IMG/VR virus record: IMGVR_UViG_3300005529_000003
Coordinates: 1-64,000 of that record
Strand: one strand, 5' to 3'
DNA: 64,000 bases
Source of the DNA: a virus
Below the pieces are notes generated by a model, which searched no databases, was not told the DNA's origin, and saw nothing but the letters and a program-made list of their open reading frames with translations. Numbering within the stretch: the stretch's first letter is position 1; each line of letters begins with the position of its first letter. Shown piece after piece: positions 45,342-55,080 of the stretch. A program made the position numbers and the translations under genes.

Positions 45342-45452
45342 CGCACGCCATTTGCGTTAATGCTTACGGATACTTCGAGTTCAGGAAAACACGTCGAATT
45401 TTGAGAGTCACTGTACCGTTCTACTACACCCCACATCGAGGAGTGCCTTAAG

Positions 45453-46700
45453 ATGACACACCACAAGAAGAAAAAGAAGCGTCGTGGAAGGGGCGAAGGA
45501 TCGATCTACAAGAGGGGCGACGGCCGGTGGGTCGCGATACTCGCTTCAGGGGAGGTTGACATTACAACGGGGAGGAAGAAGCGGAAGTACATCTACGCTG
45601 AGTCGAAGACAGAGGTCCTTCATCTTCTGGAAGATCACAAGGCGAAGTTAAAGGCGAAGCGTGTCGAGTCTCATGATAAGCGACTCCTTTGTGATTACCT
45701 CGACTCCTGGTTGGAGACGAAGAAACTTTCTGTAGAGAAACGGACACAGGAGTCGTACGAGTCGCATGTCCGCGTCCACATCAAGCCGAATCTCGGATCG
45801 ATCAAGCTGCAAGATCTGACTTCGCAGAACGTTCAGGACTTCTACTCAAAGCTCGTCAAGGATGGTGTCTCCTCGACGCAGGCGCGCAAGGTCGGGACGA
45901 CACTTGGAGTCGCCCTGGCGGACGCGGTGAGGGCCCGACATCTGCTAGTCAATCCCTCTGTCGGCATTCGCAAGCCCAAGAAGGTCTTCAAGGAGAGTGA
46001 AGTATGGGACGAGGAGCAGTTGCGTTCTTTTCTCGCCGCCGCAAAACAAGACGAACGGCACTGGCCTTTCTACTTGACGATGCTCGACAGTGGACTACGC
46101 CCCGGTGAGCTTTGGGCATTGCGTTGGTCCGACGTGAACCTCGAGTTGGGAATACTGACGATCCGCAGGGCGATTGAAGGCGGATTAGGACCAGTCGGCG
46201 TCAAGGCTCCCAAGACGTCAAAAGGTCGGCGAAATGTCGTTCTATCTCCGCCGACAGTTGCAGTCCTTCGTGAACTGAGAGAGAAACGGCTGTTAGCAGG
46301 CGCGAAGGAAACGGACCTCATCTTCTGCAACATCCGCGGCGGCTTCATGAGGTTCTCGAACTTCTATCGCGATTCATACAACCCCCTTCTGGAACGAGCG
46401 AACCTTCCTCACAAGCCGCTCTACACCCTCCGACACACATCCGCCACGCTCTTGCTCCTCCTGGGAGAGCCAGCGAAAATTGTCTCAGAGCGCCTTGGGC
46501 ACTCGACAACGAGGCTCACACTTGATACTTATAGTCATGTCCTCCCGTCCATGCAAAAGACGACAGCGGACAGGCTTGGCGGCCTGCTCGAGGGACTCAT
46601 GGCGAAGAAAGATTTGAAACCTTCAGAGGCCGACGGGGTTAATACTCGGGTTGTAGATGGCGGTCCCGGAGGCTGCAACTCAGCAGATGGACAAACGTAA
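45453..46700 (+). CDS. int: Tyrosine integrase
   Basis: RGRGEGSIY arm domain, SGLRPGEL, PKT, TLRHTSAT, LGHS, DTYSHV. Confidence 0.95.
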   Translation: MTHHKKKKKRRGRGEGSIYKRGDGRWVAILASGEVDITTGRKKRKYIYAESKTEVLHLLEDHKAKLKAKRVESHDKRLLCDYLDSWLETKKLSVEKRTQESYESHVRVHIKPNLGSIKLQDLTSQNVQDFYSKLVKDGVSSTQARKVGTTLGVALADAVRARHLLVNPSVGIRKPKKVFKESEVWDEEQLRSFLAAAKQDERHWPFYLTMLDSGLRPGELWALRWSDVNLELGILTIRRAIEGGLGPVGVKAPKTSKGRRNVVLSPPTVAVLRELREKRLLAGAKETDLIFCNIRGGFMRFSNFYRDSYNPLLERANLPHKPLYTLRHTSATLLLLLGEPAKIVSERLGHSTTRLTLDTYSHVLPSMQKTTADRLGGLLEGLMAKKDLKPSEADGVNTRVVDGGPGGCNSADGQT

Positions 46701-46727
46701 AGGACGACCAAGTCATGATGGCGCAAG

Positions 46728-46914
46728 GACTTACAGGCGCAGAAGGCGTAGCTCAGCTGGTAGAGCAACGGACTTTTAATCCCACCAACAACTCCCGCAC
46801 TGACGACCTCCGATCGTCGCAAACCCTTCCGTTTTCCCTCATTTACAGCGATTTTGCTGGCATTTTCGATAGCGGCGGCTGCCACGATAAACGCCCCCTG
46901 TCCGACTTACAGGC
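46728..46914 (+). repeat. GACTTACAGGC direct repeats flanking the att core (candidate arm sites)
   Basis: Exact copies at 46728-46738 and 46904-46914. Confidence 0.55.
46742..46782 (+). other. attP core candidate: 5' half of tRNA-Lys(TTT)
   Basis: GAAGGCG-TA-GCTCAGCTGGTAGAGC-A-ACGGA-CTTTTAA-TCC, then no T arm; located between int and xis. Confidence 0.8.
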
Positions 46915-47189
46915 TGTCAGTAAGCGGTCAACGCCAGAGACGCGGTATCGCGTCTCTTTTGGTGTCCATTCGTCATTTTGGTTGATTCTTTGGATCACCC
47001 CACGGATCGCCTCTTGACAACGGCGGCGTGAGGGCGGATCATCAAGGAGTACAAGTGAGAAGTGTACTTGCGATCAGTAGACGGAAATGGATGGGATCTC
47101 CATCAGGCTCGTGTTCTCGCCGCAGAGCGTATTCCTCGACGTAGAGGAAACCTCGTCTTGCGGTTTTTTCTCCAGCCAGGAGAAGTACG

Positions 47190-47477
47190 ATGACGGTCGG
47201 AACGGTCGCAGTGATGGCGACGAGCGGTTCTCGCAACGCAGGGATGGTGACGACATCTCAACCGACACCCCCCTCACAAGGAGAGCGAGGAGACAAGCTC
47301 TACCTGCTCAAGGAGGTATGCCGTATTTTGCGGGTATCGCGGGCGACTCTCTACCGCCTCATGAACTCTGGGGCTCTCCACTACTCGAAGGTCGGTGGGC
47401 AGCGGCGAATCTCGCGACGGCAGCTCGACGAGTGCATCGACAGGCACGACACGTCGAGGCACGATACCGCGGCATGA
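47190..47477 (+). CDS. Excisionase (HTH_17)
   Basis: LLKEVCRILRVSRATLYRLMNSGAL..SKVGGQRRI. Confidence 0.85.
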   Translation: MTVGTVAVMATSGSRNAGMVTTSQPTPPSQGERGDKLYLLKEVCRILRVSRATLYRLMNSGALHYSKVGGQRRISRRQLDECIDRHDTSRHDTAA

Positions 47478-47498
47478 TGCCGGTTCTGTAAACGATAG

Positions 47499-47534
47499 GA
47501 GCGGGTCTGACAGGGAGTTCAGGCCCGCTCTTTC
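47499..47534 (+). terminator. Terminator hairpin between convergent genes
   Basis: GAGCGGGTCTGA...TCAGGCCCGCTC followed by a T-rich tract. Confidence 0.6.
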
Positions 47535-47539
47535 TATTT

Positions 47540-48136
47540 TCAGTCGAGATTCCACTTCGCTTTTCGGAGGTGGAGGGTGAATATATGCCCTGTTGTCTTG
47601 TAGTCGTATTCTATTCGGTGCAAGACGGCCTGGAAAGACAGCTCGTGTCCTGGTTTTAATTTCTTTGCCTTTTCGCGGTCTTCTTTTGTCTTGAGCGGAA
47701 TGATCGCCGGACTCAGGGGGCGGACGTCGGCATCTTCCTGACTGATCAAGAAGATGAATTTATACAACTCGCGAGGGTGTCGGCGGTTGTCAGGTCTTGC
47801 GTCTCTGACGTCGTGCTGCCGGGCGTGGAACACGATGCAAGGTCCGAGAGGGGGTGCGTCCTGGATGTCGATCGCCGGTAGTTTCCAGGAGATTTCCTTT
47901 ACGTTTTGCGAACTCAATACCTTCTTCAACATTAGGATTTGATCGTTCAGGGCTATCTCGTTCCTCTTATTGTCGAATCGCTGAACGATGTCGGTCTTTT
48001 CAATCACCCACTGTTTCGTATTTTGTAGCGACTTGGCATCAAATTCAGCCTCCTTCGCTTTCGGCGGGGCTTTCTGAAGAAAGAAGACCAGAGCCAGGCA
48101 CACGAAGAGGGGTAGTCGGGGTTCGCTGATGAGCAT
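47540..48136 (-). CDS. Putative exported protein
   Basis: Signal-peptide-like N-terminus; GGAG upstream. Confidence 0.55.
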   Translation of the reverse strand: MLISEPRLPLFVCLALVFFLQKAPPKAKEAEFDAKSLQNTKQWVIEKTDIVQRFDNKRNEIALNDQILMLKKVLSSQNVKEISWKLPAIDIQDAPPLGPCIVFHARQHDVRDARPDNRRHPRELYKFIFLISQEDADVRPLSPAIIPLKTKEDREKAKKLKPGHELSFQAVLHRIEYDYKTTGHIFTLHLRKAKWNLD

Positions 48137-48199
48137 GTCGGATCTCCGTTGAGGGCGACCCAACGACTCTATCAGCGCGCTGTTTTGTCTGTCAAGCGT

Positions 48200-50800
48200 T
48201 TACCCGCCGATGTCCGACCCCTTCGGCGGTTTCGGCAGCGACTTCAGGTCGGGGAGTTCCTCCGGGAACCAGGGGTGGGTTTCGCCGACTTCCTCACGCA
48301 GGAACTGGGACGTCGATTGGCCCTGCTCGGTAAATCCAGGTTCGAGACGGGCTTCGCGGGACTCCTTCGCCGCCTCGCCGGCCCAGATCCTCGCCCGCTC
48401 CTCGATGGGTAGGTCTGAGTCCAGATAAGTTCCTTGCGAGGATTCTCTTTCGACCTCGAAGGCGATGTCCGCTGCCTCCTGTGCCGACATCCTCCGATCT
48501 CTCCTGCCAATTCTTTCTCCCCTAGCCTCTTCTCCTTCCTCGAACGACTCGAGGGCAGAACCCTCGTCCGCTGCGTTTTCTCCTTTACTCCGCCCTTTCG
48601 AGATCGTGTTTGTTTTTTCGAATTCGAAGCTGTCGAGCTTCGCATCGAGTTCCTCGATCAATTGGTTGCCGAGTTGCTGAGAGAGGGGAAGCTCATAATC
48701 CTGGATGTCGAACTCCTCTATCTCGTCGTCGAGGTAACGAATGAGGAGGCGGTGGATGTCTTCCCGCAGGAGGTCAGCTTCGTCCTTGATCGTCTCCAGA
48801 TCGTGTGCTGCGACTCGGTCGGCCGTGATCTTCTCCAAACGGCGGCTGAGGTCTTCGTAAGCCCTCCACGGTCCCTGCCTCATCTCGTCCTGTTCCTTGA
48901 AGTGGGCTCGCCACCAGCCAGGAGATCCTGGTGTTTGACCTTCCTTAGCGGACCACTCCTTTTGCCCCATCGACCACCAGTCCTCGTTCCCCATCGACGG
49001 ACGCCATTCAGGGTCGGTCCTAGCGTTCAACGAATGCAGGCGGGCGAGTCGTTTCTGGAAGAGGGCCTTGGAGACTTTCTGGTCTGCGTGGTCTTTCCCC
49101 TGGTTCGACAGAATGTCTTGCTGCTTCTCAAGGAAGTTTTCGTCACGGTTGTCGTCAATGAATTCGATGAACTGGACGGACTCGAGGAGTTTCTGCTGAC
49201 CTTCTGGCGACATCGACATGATTTGCTGGACGGTCCACCGCTTCTTCATCGCCTCATGGTGTCGTGATTCTTCCTCTTCTTCCTTGATTTCCCTTTTATC
49301 GCGGTATTGCTCCGCGAAAGCCGCTGGCGATTCCCGTTCCTTCTCCACGACTTGCTCGGCGAACTCGGGCGTACCCACCTTGACGATCTCACCCTTCGAG
49401 CCGAGGGCGACAGGCCCTTCTCCTCGTCTGCGATAGTCGTCTTCCGTCAACCTCTGCACCGTTGATGGGTGAGAGAGACTTTGGTATTCGCGATCGAATT
49501 CCGCTTCTCGTCGCCTTCCTGTCCCCGTCTTCAAGTATTCGTTGGCGTACTTGACCATGAACGAGTCGGGCTCGAAGGAGTCGTACTCGAACTCTGAGGG
49601 GGCTTTCGGCGTCGTCGCAGCCGCCTTGTTGATCGTGTGGATCTGGTCGCGGTAAACCTTGCGGATCTTTCCCTCGTCGGTGTAGACGAAGAACTCGTAA
49701 GGCTTCGTGTCCTTCGCCTTCTTGTACACAACGAACCCGTGCATGACGACGTTCTTGCCTGTCTGTTCGTCCTTATCCTTGAGGACGATCTGGGCCTCGA
49801 GGGTGTTTTCCTCCTTCCGCTCCATGTGCCCGCGTTTAGCTAGCCAGATGATGTAGCCGGTCGGACACTCCTCGATCCGCTTGCCGAAGAACTTCCCCTT
49901 CGTCATGACGTAAACATCGCCAGGTGGTTTCCGGTAGGAGACGACCAGGGCGTACTCGAGTTGGGCCGAGAGCGTAAGGGCTTCGCCAGCGAGAGGGGCC
50001 TGGACTCGCTCTCTCCGCCCGATAGCCGCTTTCAGCTCCTGTGCCGCTTTTCCCAGGCGATCGAGGTTGTTGGCGTACCAGTTCAGGTCGCGTTCCTGTT
50101 CTCCCGCCTTGATGTCTCCCTTGTGAATTCCTTTCTTGAGTCTCGTGTAGGCGTCGATGACGTCCTGGTGGATCTCCGCCTGTGACTTCAGGGCTTCCGA
50201 AAGACCCTTCTCCTCGGCTTCCTTGATGATTTCCTTGAGTCTGCCCGCGATGCCTGCACTCTCGGCATTCGTCCGGAAGCTAAAGCCAGTGGCGTATCCG
50301 CTGTCTTCCAGTGTGTCCACGAGTTTGAGCCGCTTCTCAACTTCCCTTACATCCTCCTTCGAGTCCACAAAGAGAACGGCATTCCCAGGAAGTCGTTTGA
50401 CCGTCGTCAGGAGGAACCAGTAACGGTCCACAACTTTTGCCAACTCCTTTTCTGCCGTCTGTTTCGCATTGATCTTGGCCTTCTCTGCCTGAAAACGAAG
50501 CTTCTCGACTGCGGCGATGTACTCATCTCTGGCCCGCTGCACCTTCATTTCCTTCGACTTATCGTTCGGGCTATTTCTGCTGATCTGAGCGAATTTCTCA
50601 TAAGCTTTCCGTTCCCTGACCTTCAACTCGCCTTCAATGAATTCGACTTCCTTCTTCAGCTCCTTCTCCACTTTCCTGTTAAGGATTTCTGGAGCCAACT
50701 CGGACGGCGTCTTCTTGTTTAGTAACGGGTGAACGCTCGTAACGAGGACGTGGTTCCTGTTCTTTGCGTCGTATTTATCACGACCAACTTCAATTTTCAT
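48200..50800 (-). CDS. Large hypothetical protein (866 aa) with an internal DUF3820-like motif
   Basis: MTKGKFFGKRIEECPTGYIIWL; highly charged. Confidence 0.7.
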   Translation of the reverse strand: MKIEVGRDKYDAKNRNHVLVTSVHPLLNKKTPSELAPEILNRKVEKELKKEVEFIEGELKVRERKAYEKFAQISRNSPNDKSKEMKVQRARDEYIAAVEKLRFQAEKAKINAKQTAEKELAKVVDRYWFLLTTVKRLPGNAVLFVDSKEDVREVEKRLKLVDTLEDSGYATGFSFRTNAESAGIAGRLKEIIKEAEEKGLSEALKSQAEIHQDVIDAYTRLKKGIHKGDIKAGEQERDLNWYANNLDRLGKAAQELKAAIGRRERVQAPLAGEALTLSAQLEYALVVSYRKPPGDVYVMTKGKFFGKRIEECPTGYIIWLAKRGHMERKEENTLEAQIVLKDKDEQTGKNVVMHGFVVYKKAKDTKPYEFFVYTDEGKIRKVYRDQIHTINKAAATTPKAPSEFEYDSFEPDSFMVKYANEYLKTGTGRRREAEFDREYQSLSHPSTVQRLTEDDYRRRGEGPVALGSKGEIVKVGTPEFAEQVVEKERESPAAFAEQYRDKREIKEEEEESRHHEAMKKRWTVQQIMSMSPEGQQKLLESVQFIEFIDDNRDENFLEKQQDILSNQGKDHADQKVSKALFQKRLARLHSLNARTDPEWRPSMGNEDWWSMGQKEWSAKEGQTPGSPGWWRAHFKEQDEMRQGPWRAYEDLSRRLEKITADRVAAHDLETIKDEADLLREDIHRLLIRYLDDEIEEFDIQDYELPLSQQLGNQLIEELDAKLDSFEFEKTNTISKGRSKGENAADEGSALESFEEGEEARGERIGRRDRRMSAQEAADIAFEVERESSQGTYLDSDLPIEERARIWAGEAAKESREARLEPGFTEQGQSTSQFLREEVGETHPWFPEELPDLKSLPKPPKGSDIGG

Positions 50801-50917
50801 CGGGCTGCTGAGCAGAAGAAAGAAAGAGAGTTATCCTTCCTGGTGCGGAAGAAGTCCGCAACAAGAATCTTCTGTCAGCATCATCGCTCTAATTCACTCA
50901 CTTCTTGATTTCACTTA

Positions 50918-51001
50918 ATGTTCGACACCCTCCTAGGTAAAATCAAGACGTTCTGGAAGTCCCTCTGGGCTGGTAGTTCGTCTCATCGCGAGGTGGCGTC
51001 C
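50918..51001 (+). pseudogene. Orphaned duplicate of the portal gene 5' end
   Basis: FWKSLWAGSSSHREVAS versus portal FWKSLWAGSSSHREMAS. Confidence 0.75.
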
Positions 51002-51010
51002 CGTCTACGC

Positions 51011-51541
51011 CTAAGTAGGGAAGTTAAGCTTGGCGAATTCTCCGTATCTTTCAATAGCGGCAGAGTCGTACATTCTGGCTGCCTCTTCTTCGCTGTCCGA
51101 ACTCCCTAGATATACAGTCTCGCTTTGGTCGTTTTTTATTTGAGCCCGCCACTTTGCGTACTGCTTATGCCAGCTAACCCCCTTGAACCGGCTGGTTTTA
51201 CCAGGCTTGTTTTGGGGTGTCGAGTTCCTCCTGTTTTGTCTGTGAGTAGCTAGACGAAGATTTGAGCGAACGTTGTTCAGGCCGTTTTGGTCGATGTGGT
51301 CAACTTCCATCCCTCTAGGCGCATTCATGATGAGTCGGTGCAGATAAACAGTTCTCCAGATCCCCTCGACTTTCACTTTTGCTGCGGCATATACGCCGTT
51401 TCTCTTTCTGTTCAAAAACCAGTGATAGTTCCTTACCAACTCGATATCTTCCGGACTAATCCAAGTTACGATTCCCTCACGCAGTTCAATTGAGTAACGA
51501 GCAGTTGTCGATTGCAGGGTATTTTCAGCTAGTTCAGACAT
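51011..51541 (-). CDS. HNH-AP2 homing endonuclease
   Basis: YLHRLIM, VDHIDQNGLNNVRSNLR, SRFKGVSW...WRAQI...YLG...EAARMYD. Confidence 0.92.
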   Translation of the reverse strand: MSELAENTLQSTTARYSIELREGIVTWISPEDIELVRNYHWFLNRKRNGVYAAAKVKVEGIWRTVYLHRLIMNAPRGMEVDHIDQNGLNNVRSNLRLATHRQNRRNSTPQNKPGKTSRFKGVSWHKQYAKWRAQIKNDQSETVYLGSSDSEEEAARMYDSAAIERYGEFAKLNFPT

Positions 51542-51554
51542 TTTAAGATTGTAG

Positions 51555-53018
51555 TTGGTCGTGGGTCTAATCAACAAAGTTGTTCAATTTTGGAAGTCTT
51601 TATGGGCAGGCAGTTCTTCCCATAGAGAAATGGCCTCGCTATTACAATATGGGGCTGGCCTCGGGACTTTCTCAGGAGCGTGGACGGACTCGCGCATCGA
51701 GCTGGTGCGGCACTTCCGCCACTGGGTCTACATCGCCGTCGATCGCATCGCGACAAAAGTAGCCACGCAGGTTCCGAACGTCACGTTCGTTCGTGCGGAC
51801 CTGGATTACATGGACGCGGCGAAGAAGCGTAGAAACGGCAAGGCGACTCTTTCTCCCTATCACCGCAGCAAGGCTCTCACTCCTCTCCGCAGTCATGAAG
51901 AACTCGAGCCGGCAAGAGAAGATCACCCGCTTGTCAGACTCCTCCACGACCCGAACGAACCCGACACCGCCTATGACCTGTGGTACGAGACGGTCCTGTT
52001 CTTGAAGCTCACCGGCTCTTCCTACTGGTGGATTCCGAAGAACAAGACGACGGGGTTGCCCGAGGCGATCTGGGTCATCCCCTCTCACTGGATCTGGCCT
52101 GTCGTCGGCAAGGATCGCACGATCGACGGCTACGAGGTCCGCCCGGTTGAGGGCAACTACCTCCGCAAGTTCCTCCCTTACGAGGACGTCCTCCACTTCA
52201 AGTTCAAATCACCGACTTCAAAGATCGACGGTTACTCCCCGCTCACCGCAGTCAACAACTGGGTGGACACGCAGGAGAGCGTTGATCGCTCCCGCTTCTT
52301 CTTTTTCCGCAACGGCACGTTCCCAACCGTCGCCATTGAATTCGCGGGCGACCTTCAGGATCTGACGAAGGAGAAACTCGATCAGATCGAGGCGAAGTTG
52401 ATGAACCGCTCTCAAGGCGAAACAAAAAGCGGGAAACCACTTTTTGTTCCTCCGGGGATGAAGCTCAAGCCGCTGTGGATTACCGCTCCGGAAATGGGCT
52501 TCATCGAGAGCGCCGAGCAACTCCGCGACAACATCCTGGCAGCGTTCGGCGTGCCGGCGTGTATCGCTCAGATCAACTCCGATATGACGTACGGGAGCGT
52601 GACGGCGGCTCAGGCCGGCTTCTTCACGATGACCGTCAATCCTCTTCTTCGTTTTCTCGGCCAGGTGATTACTGAGAAGATGGCGTGGCTCTACGATCGC
52701 AAGCTCCGCGTGTGGTGGGAGGACATGACGCCCGACGATCCTGAGATGGTGGAAAAGCGTATCCAGACGGATCTTCTCGCCGCTGCCAGGACGCCCAACG
52801 AGATTCGCGGGCTTCGCGGATACGCCGCTTACACGCACGGCGGTGACGATCCCATCGTCGCCCGTAACCTCGCCGTCCTGCCGATCGGTACGGGGCGAAA
52901 GCCTGAGTGGCAAATCGCTGATCCAGGGCTCGACAACGAACGCAACGCCCTTAAAGACCCCTCTTCTCCCACCGAAAAGCCGCTCGTCGAAAACGACGAC
53001 ACTGACGATAAAGAATAA
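51555..53018 (+). CDS. Portal protein (HK97-like)
   Basis: VYIAVDRIA, HPLVRLLHDPN, GYSPL, FFRNG, ILAAFGVP, TPNEIR. Confidence 0.9.
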   Translation: MVVGLINKVVQFWKSLWAGSSSHREMASLLQYGAGLGTFSGAWTDSRIELVRHFRHWVYIAVDRIATKVATQVPNVTFVRADLDYMDAAKKRRNGKATLSPYHRSKALTPLRSHEELEPAREDHPLVRLLHDPNEPDTAYDLWYETVLFLKLTGSSYWWIPKNKTTGLPEAIWVIPSHWIWPVVGKDRTIDGYEVRPVEGNYLRKFLPYEDVLHFKFKSPTSKIDGYSPLTAVNNWVDTQESVDRSRFFFFRNGTFPTVAIEFAGDLQDLTKEKLDQIEAKLMNRSQGETKSGKPLFVPPGMKLKPLWITAPEMGFIESAEQLRDNILAAFGVPACIAQINSDMTYGSVTAAQAGFFTMTVNPLLRFLGQVITEKMAWLYDRKLRVWWEDMTPDDPEMVEKRIQTDLLAAARTPNEIRGLRGYAAYTHGGDDPIVARNLAVLPIGTGRKPEWQIADPGLDNERNALKDPSSPTEKPLVENDDTDDKE

Positions 53019-54625
53019 TGAGTACTCTCGAAATCAAATCCGTCTTCCTCTCCGTCGCCGAGAGGGAGAAGAAACTTTCTGAACTCGCGAATCACAAGGA
53101 CTCGCAGAGTCTTTGTTTCAAAGACGCCTCTCAGTTCTCCTACACGCTGTCGGAGTCGAAGGGAGGTATTGTCGGTCACGACCACACCGATCCGTCCGTC
53201 CTTGAGATCAACGAGAAGGAGATGTGGGCGGAGTTCAAGCTAACACAACTCCGCAGAGATCACCACGGCGACATCGTCGAGCCGAAGGGCTGTCTGCCCT
53301 TCCTCTCGGAGTACGAGAAGAACGCGCAGGTGTTCTTCAGCCACCGCTCCAGTGATGTACCGATCGCCAAGTCCACCGATGCCAACGGCAAACTTCGCCT
53401 GCGAGTCACCGACGAGGACATGGTCGCAAGGGCGTACTTCCACAACGTCACGCAGGAGAGCGTCGAGGTCTTTAAGCTCATCACGCTCGGGTACTTGAAG
53501 GGGGCATCGATCGGCTTCGTGCCCGTCCTCGGAGAGTGGATCGAAAGGCCCGAACGCAAGAAAGACAAGGACGAAAACAAGAACGAGATCGACTTCGACT
53601 TCGGCGGCATCCGTTTCAAGAAGTGGAAACTTCTGGAGTGGAGCGTCGTCCCGATCCCCGCCAACGCTGACGCCATTCGCGGCTTCCTGTCACGCGAGAA
53701 GTCCCTCTCCCCCATCACCCGCAACTTCCTCTCTCCTTACGCCGCCGAGAGGAAGGCGTTCCTCTTCCTTCCCGGTCAACTCACCAAAGAGATTCAACAT
53801 ATGTCTGTCGATACGAACACTGAAGAAAATAAAATCACAACCGCAGCGGAGGAGCTTACCAAGGCGGTTGAAAACATGGACAAAGTCATTGAGACGATGA
53901 AGGACGTCACAAAAAATATCGATTCGATGGTTGTTGAAGCTACCGTCACTGATAACCCTGAAACGAAGAACGTCGAAGTTGTTGAGAAGGCCGTAGAGAA
54001 GAGCGTGGAAGCTACTTCCGCCGCGGAGATGAACTCCTCCGACAAGACTCCCAGCGACGACATGCCGTACGGATGCAGCGTCCTCTGCAAGGCTCACGAG
54101 CTGCACAAGGCGGCTCATGATCACTTCATGACGAGTTACAAGAAGATCGACAACGAGAAGACGATCAAGTTCGTCACCCGTCATGTGAACAAGTTTGCCA
54201 AGGCGATGAACGCTCTGTCGAAGTTCGCGGCAGAGAATTACCCGAAGCACGTCAAGGAGCCGGTCGAAGTCGCGGGCATCGACAACAGCGACGATGACGA
54301 ACCGGAACACAAGTCGCTCTTTATTGATGATTCTCTTGTCGAGGTTGTCGAATTCCTGAAGGAACTCGCGGAGGATAACAAGCTCACGAAGGCCCAGAAA
54401 GCCGCGTGCAAGTTGTATTCTCAGTCGCTCAAATCCGTTAATTTTACCAGTTCACCGGCAAAACCGCAGGAAGTGAAAACGGTTTTCGAGGAAAAAACAT
54501 CGGCGACCGAAACTCAGACCCCTAACAAGGAAGAGGCGCATATTGTCAAAGTTCTGGAGAACTGCGAGAAGGTCGATGAGAAGATCAAGAGTTTGTTTTA
54601 CAAGTTGTTCGGCACAGAGATGTAA
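53018..54625 (+). CDS. Prohead protease with C-terminal scaffold-like extension
   Basis: RDHHGDIVEP, VFFSH, GASIGF, LLEWSVVPIPANADA. Confidence 0.85.
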   Translation: MSTLEIKSVFLSVAEREKKLSELANHKDSQSLCFKDASQFSYTLSESKGGIVGHDHTDPSVLEINEKEMWAEFKLTQLRRDHHGDIVEPKGCLPFLSEYEKNAQVFFSHRSSDVPIAKSTDANGKLRLRVTDEDMVARAYFHNVTQESVEVFKLITLGYLKGASIGFVPVLGEWIERPERKKDKDENKNEIDFDFGGIRFKKWKLLEWSVVPIPANADAIRGFLSREKSLSPITRNFLSPYAAERKAFLFLPGQLTKEIQHMSVDTNTEENKITTAAEELTKAVENMDKVIETMKDVTKNIDSMVVEATVTDNPETKNVEVVEKAVEKSVEATSAAEMNSSDKTPSDDMPYGCSVLCKAHELHKAAHDHFMTSYKKIDNEKTIKFVTRHVNKFAKAMNALSKFAAENYPKHVKEPVEVAGIDNSDDDEPEHKSLFIDDSLVEVVEFLKELAEDNKLTKAQKAACKLYSQSLKSVNFTSSPAKPQEVKTVFEEKTSATETQTPNKEEAHIVKVLENCEKVDEKIKSLFYKLFGTEM

Positions 54626-54711
54626 TCGTGATGTATAGAAATTACATGCGTCGTTTTCGTGTTATCATGAAAACTGATTCGTTGTCTTTCTTCCTTTATG
54701 TATAGAACTGA

Positions 54712-55032
54712 ATGCCGCCGCCGTCATCGTCTTCTTCTCGACGTAGTGAGACTTCCGCTAGCAAGACGCAGCAAACTCCTATCTCTTTGTCAGTTAGCCA
54801 GAAAGCAACGTCTTCGGCGACTCGAGAAGGCGAAGCAAGTAAAGAATGCAAGGAATGTAAACACTGGCTGAAGAAGGGCGTCAGTGAGCAGACGCAAGCA
54901 GAACTCGGCGACTGCCGTCTCGAGCCCCCTTTCCTGATCGTCCCTGGAATCCCTCTCACTCAGTTCGGCCCTCTCTCCTTCCACCCCGTCACATCTGGCA
55001 GCGACTGCTGCTCTCACTTCACGCAGAAATAA
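54712..55032 (+). CDS. Small hypothetical protein with a Cys motif
   Basis: CKECKHW...GDCRLEPP...DCCSHF. Confidence 0.5.
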   Translation: MPPPSSSSSRRSETSASKTQQTPISLSVSQKATSSATREGEASKECKECKHWLKKGVSEQTQAELGDCRLEPPFLIVPGIPLTQFGPLSFHPVTSGSDCCSHFTQK

Positions 55033-55080
55033 CCAGCGGCACTCATCTCTCGCCGCTCACTTCGGAGAAATCCAACTCTA

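Noticed and set aside
46742-46782. Functional tRNA-Lys gene
   Set aside because: The sequence stops matching after the anticodon stem; there is no T arm or 3' acceptor strand.
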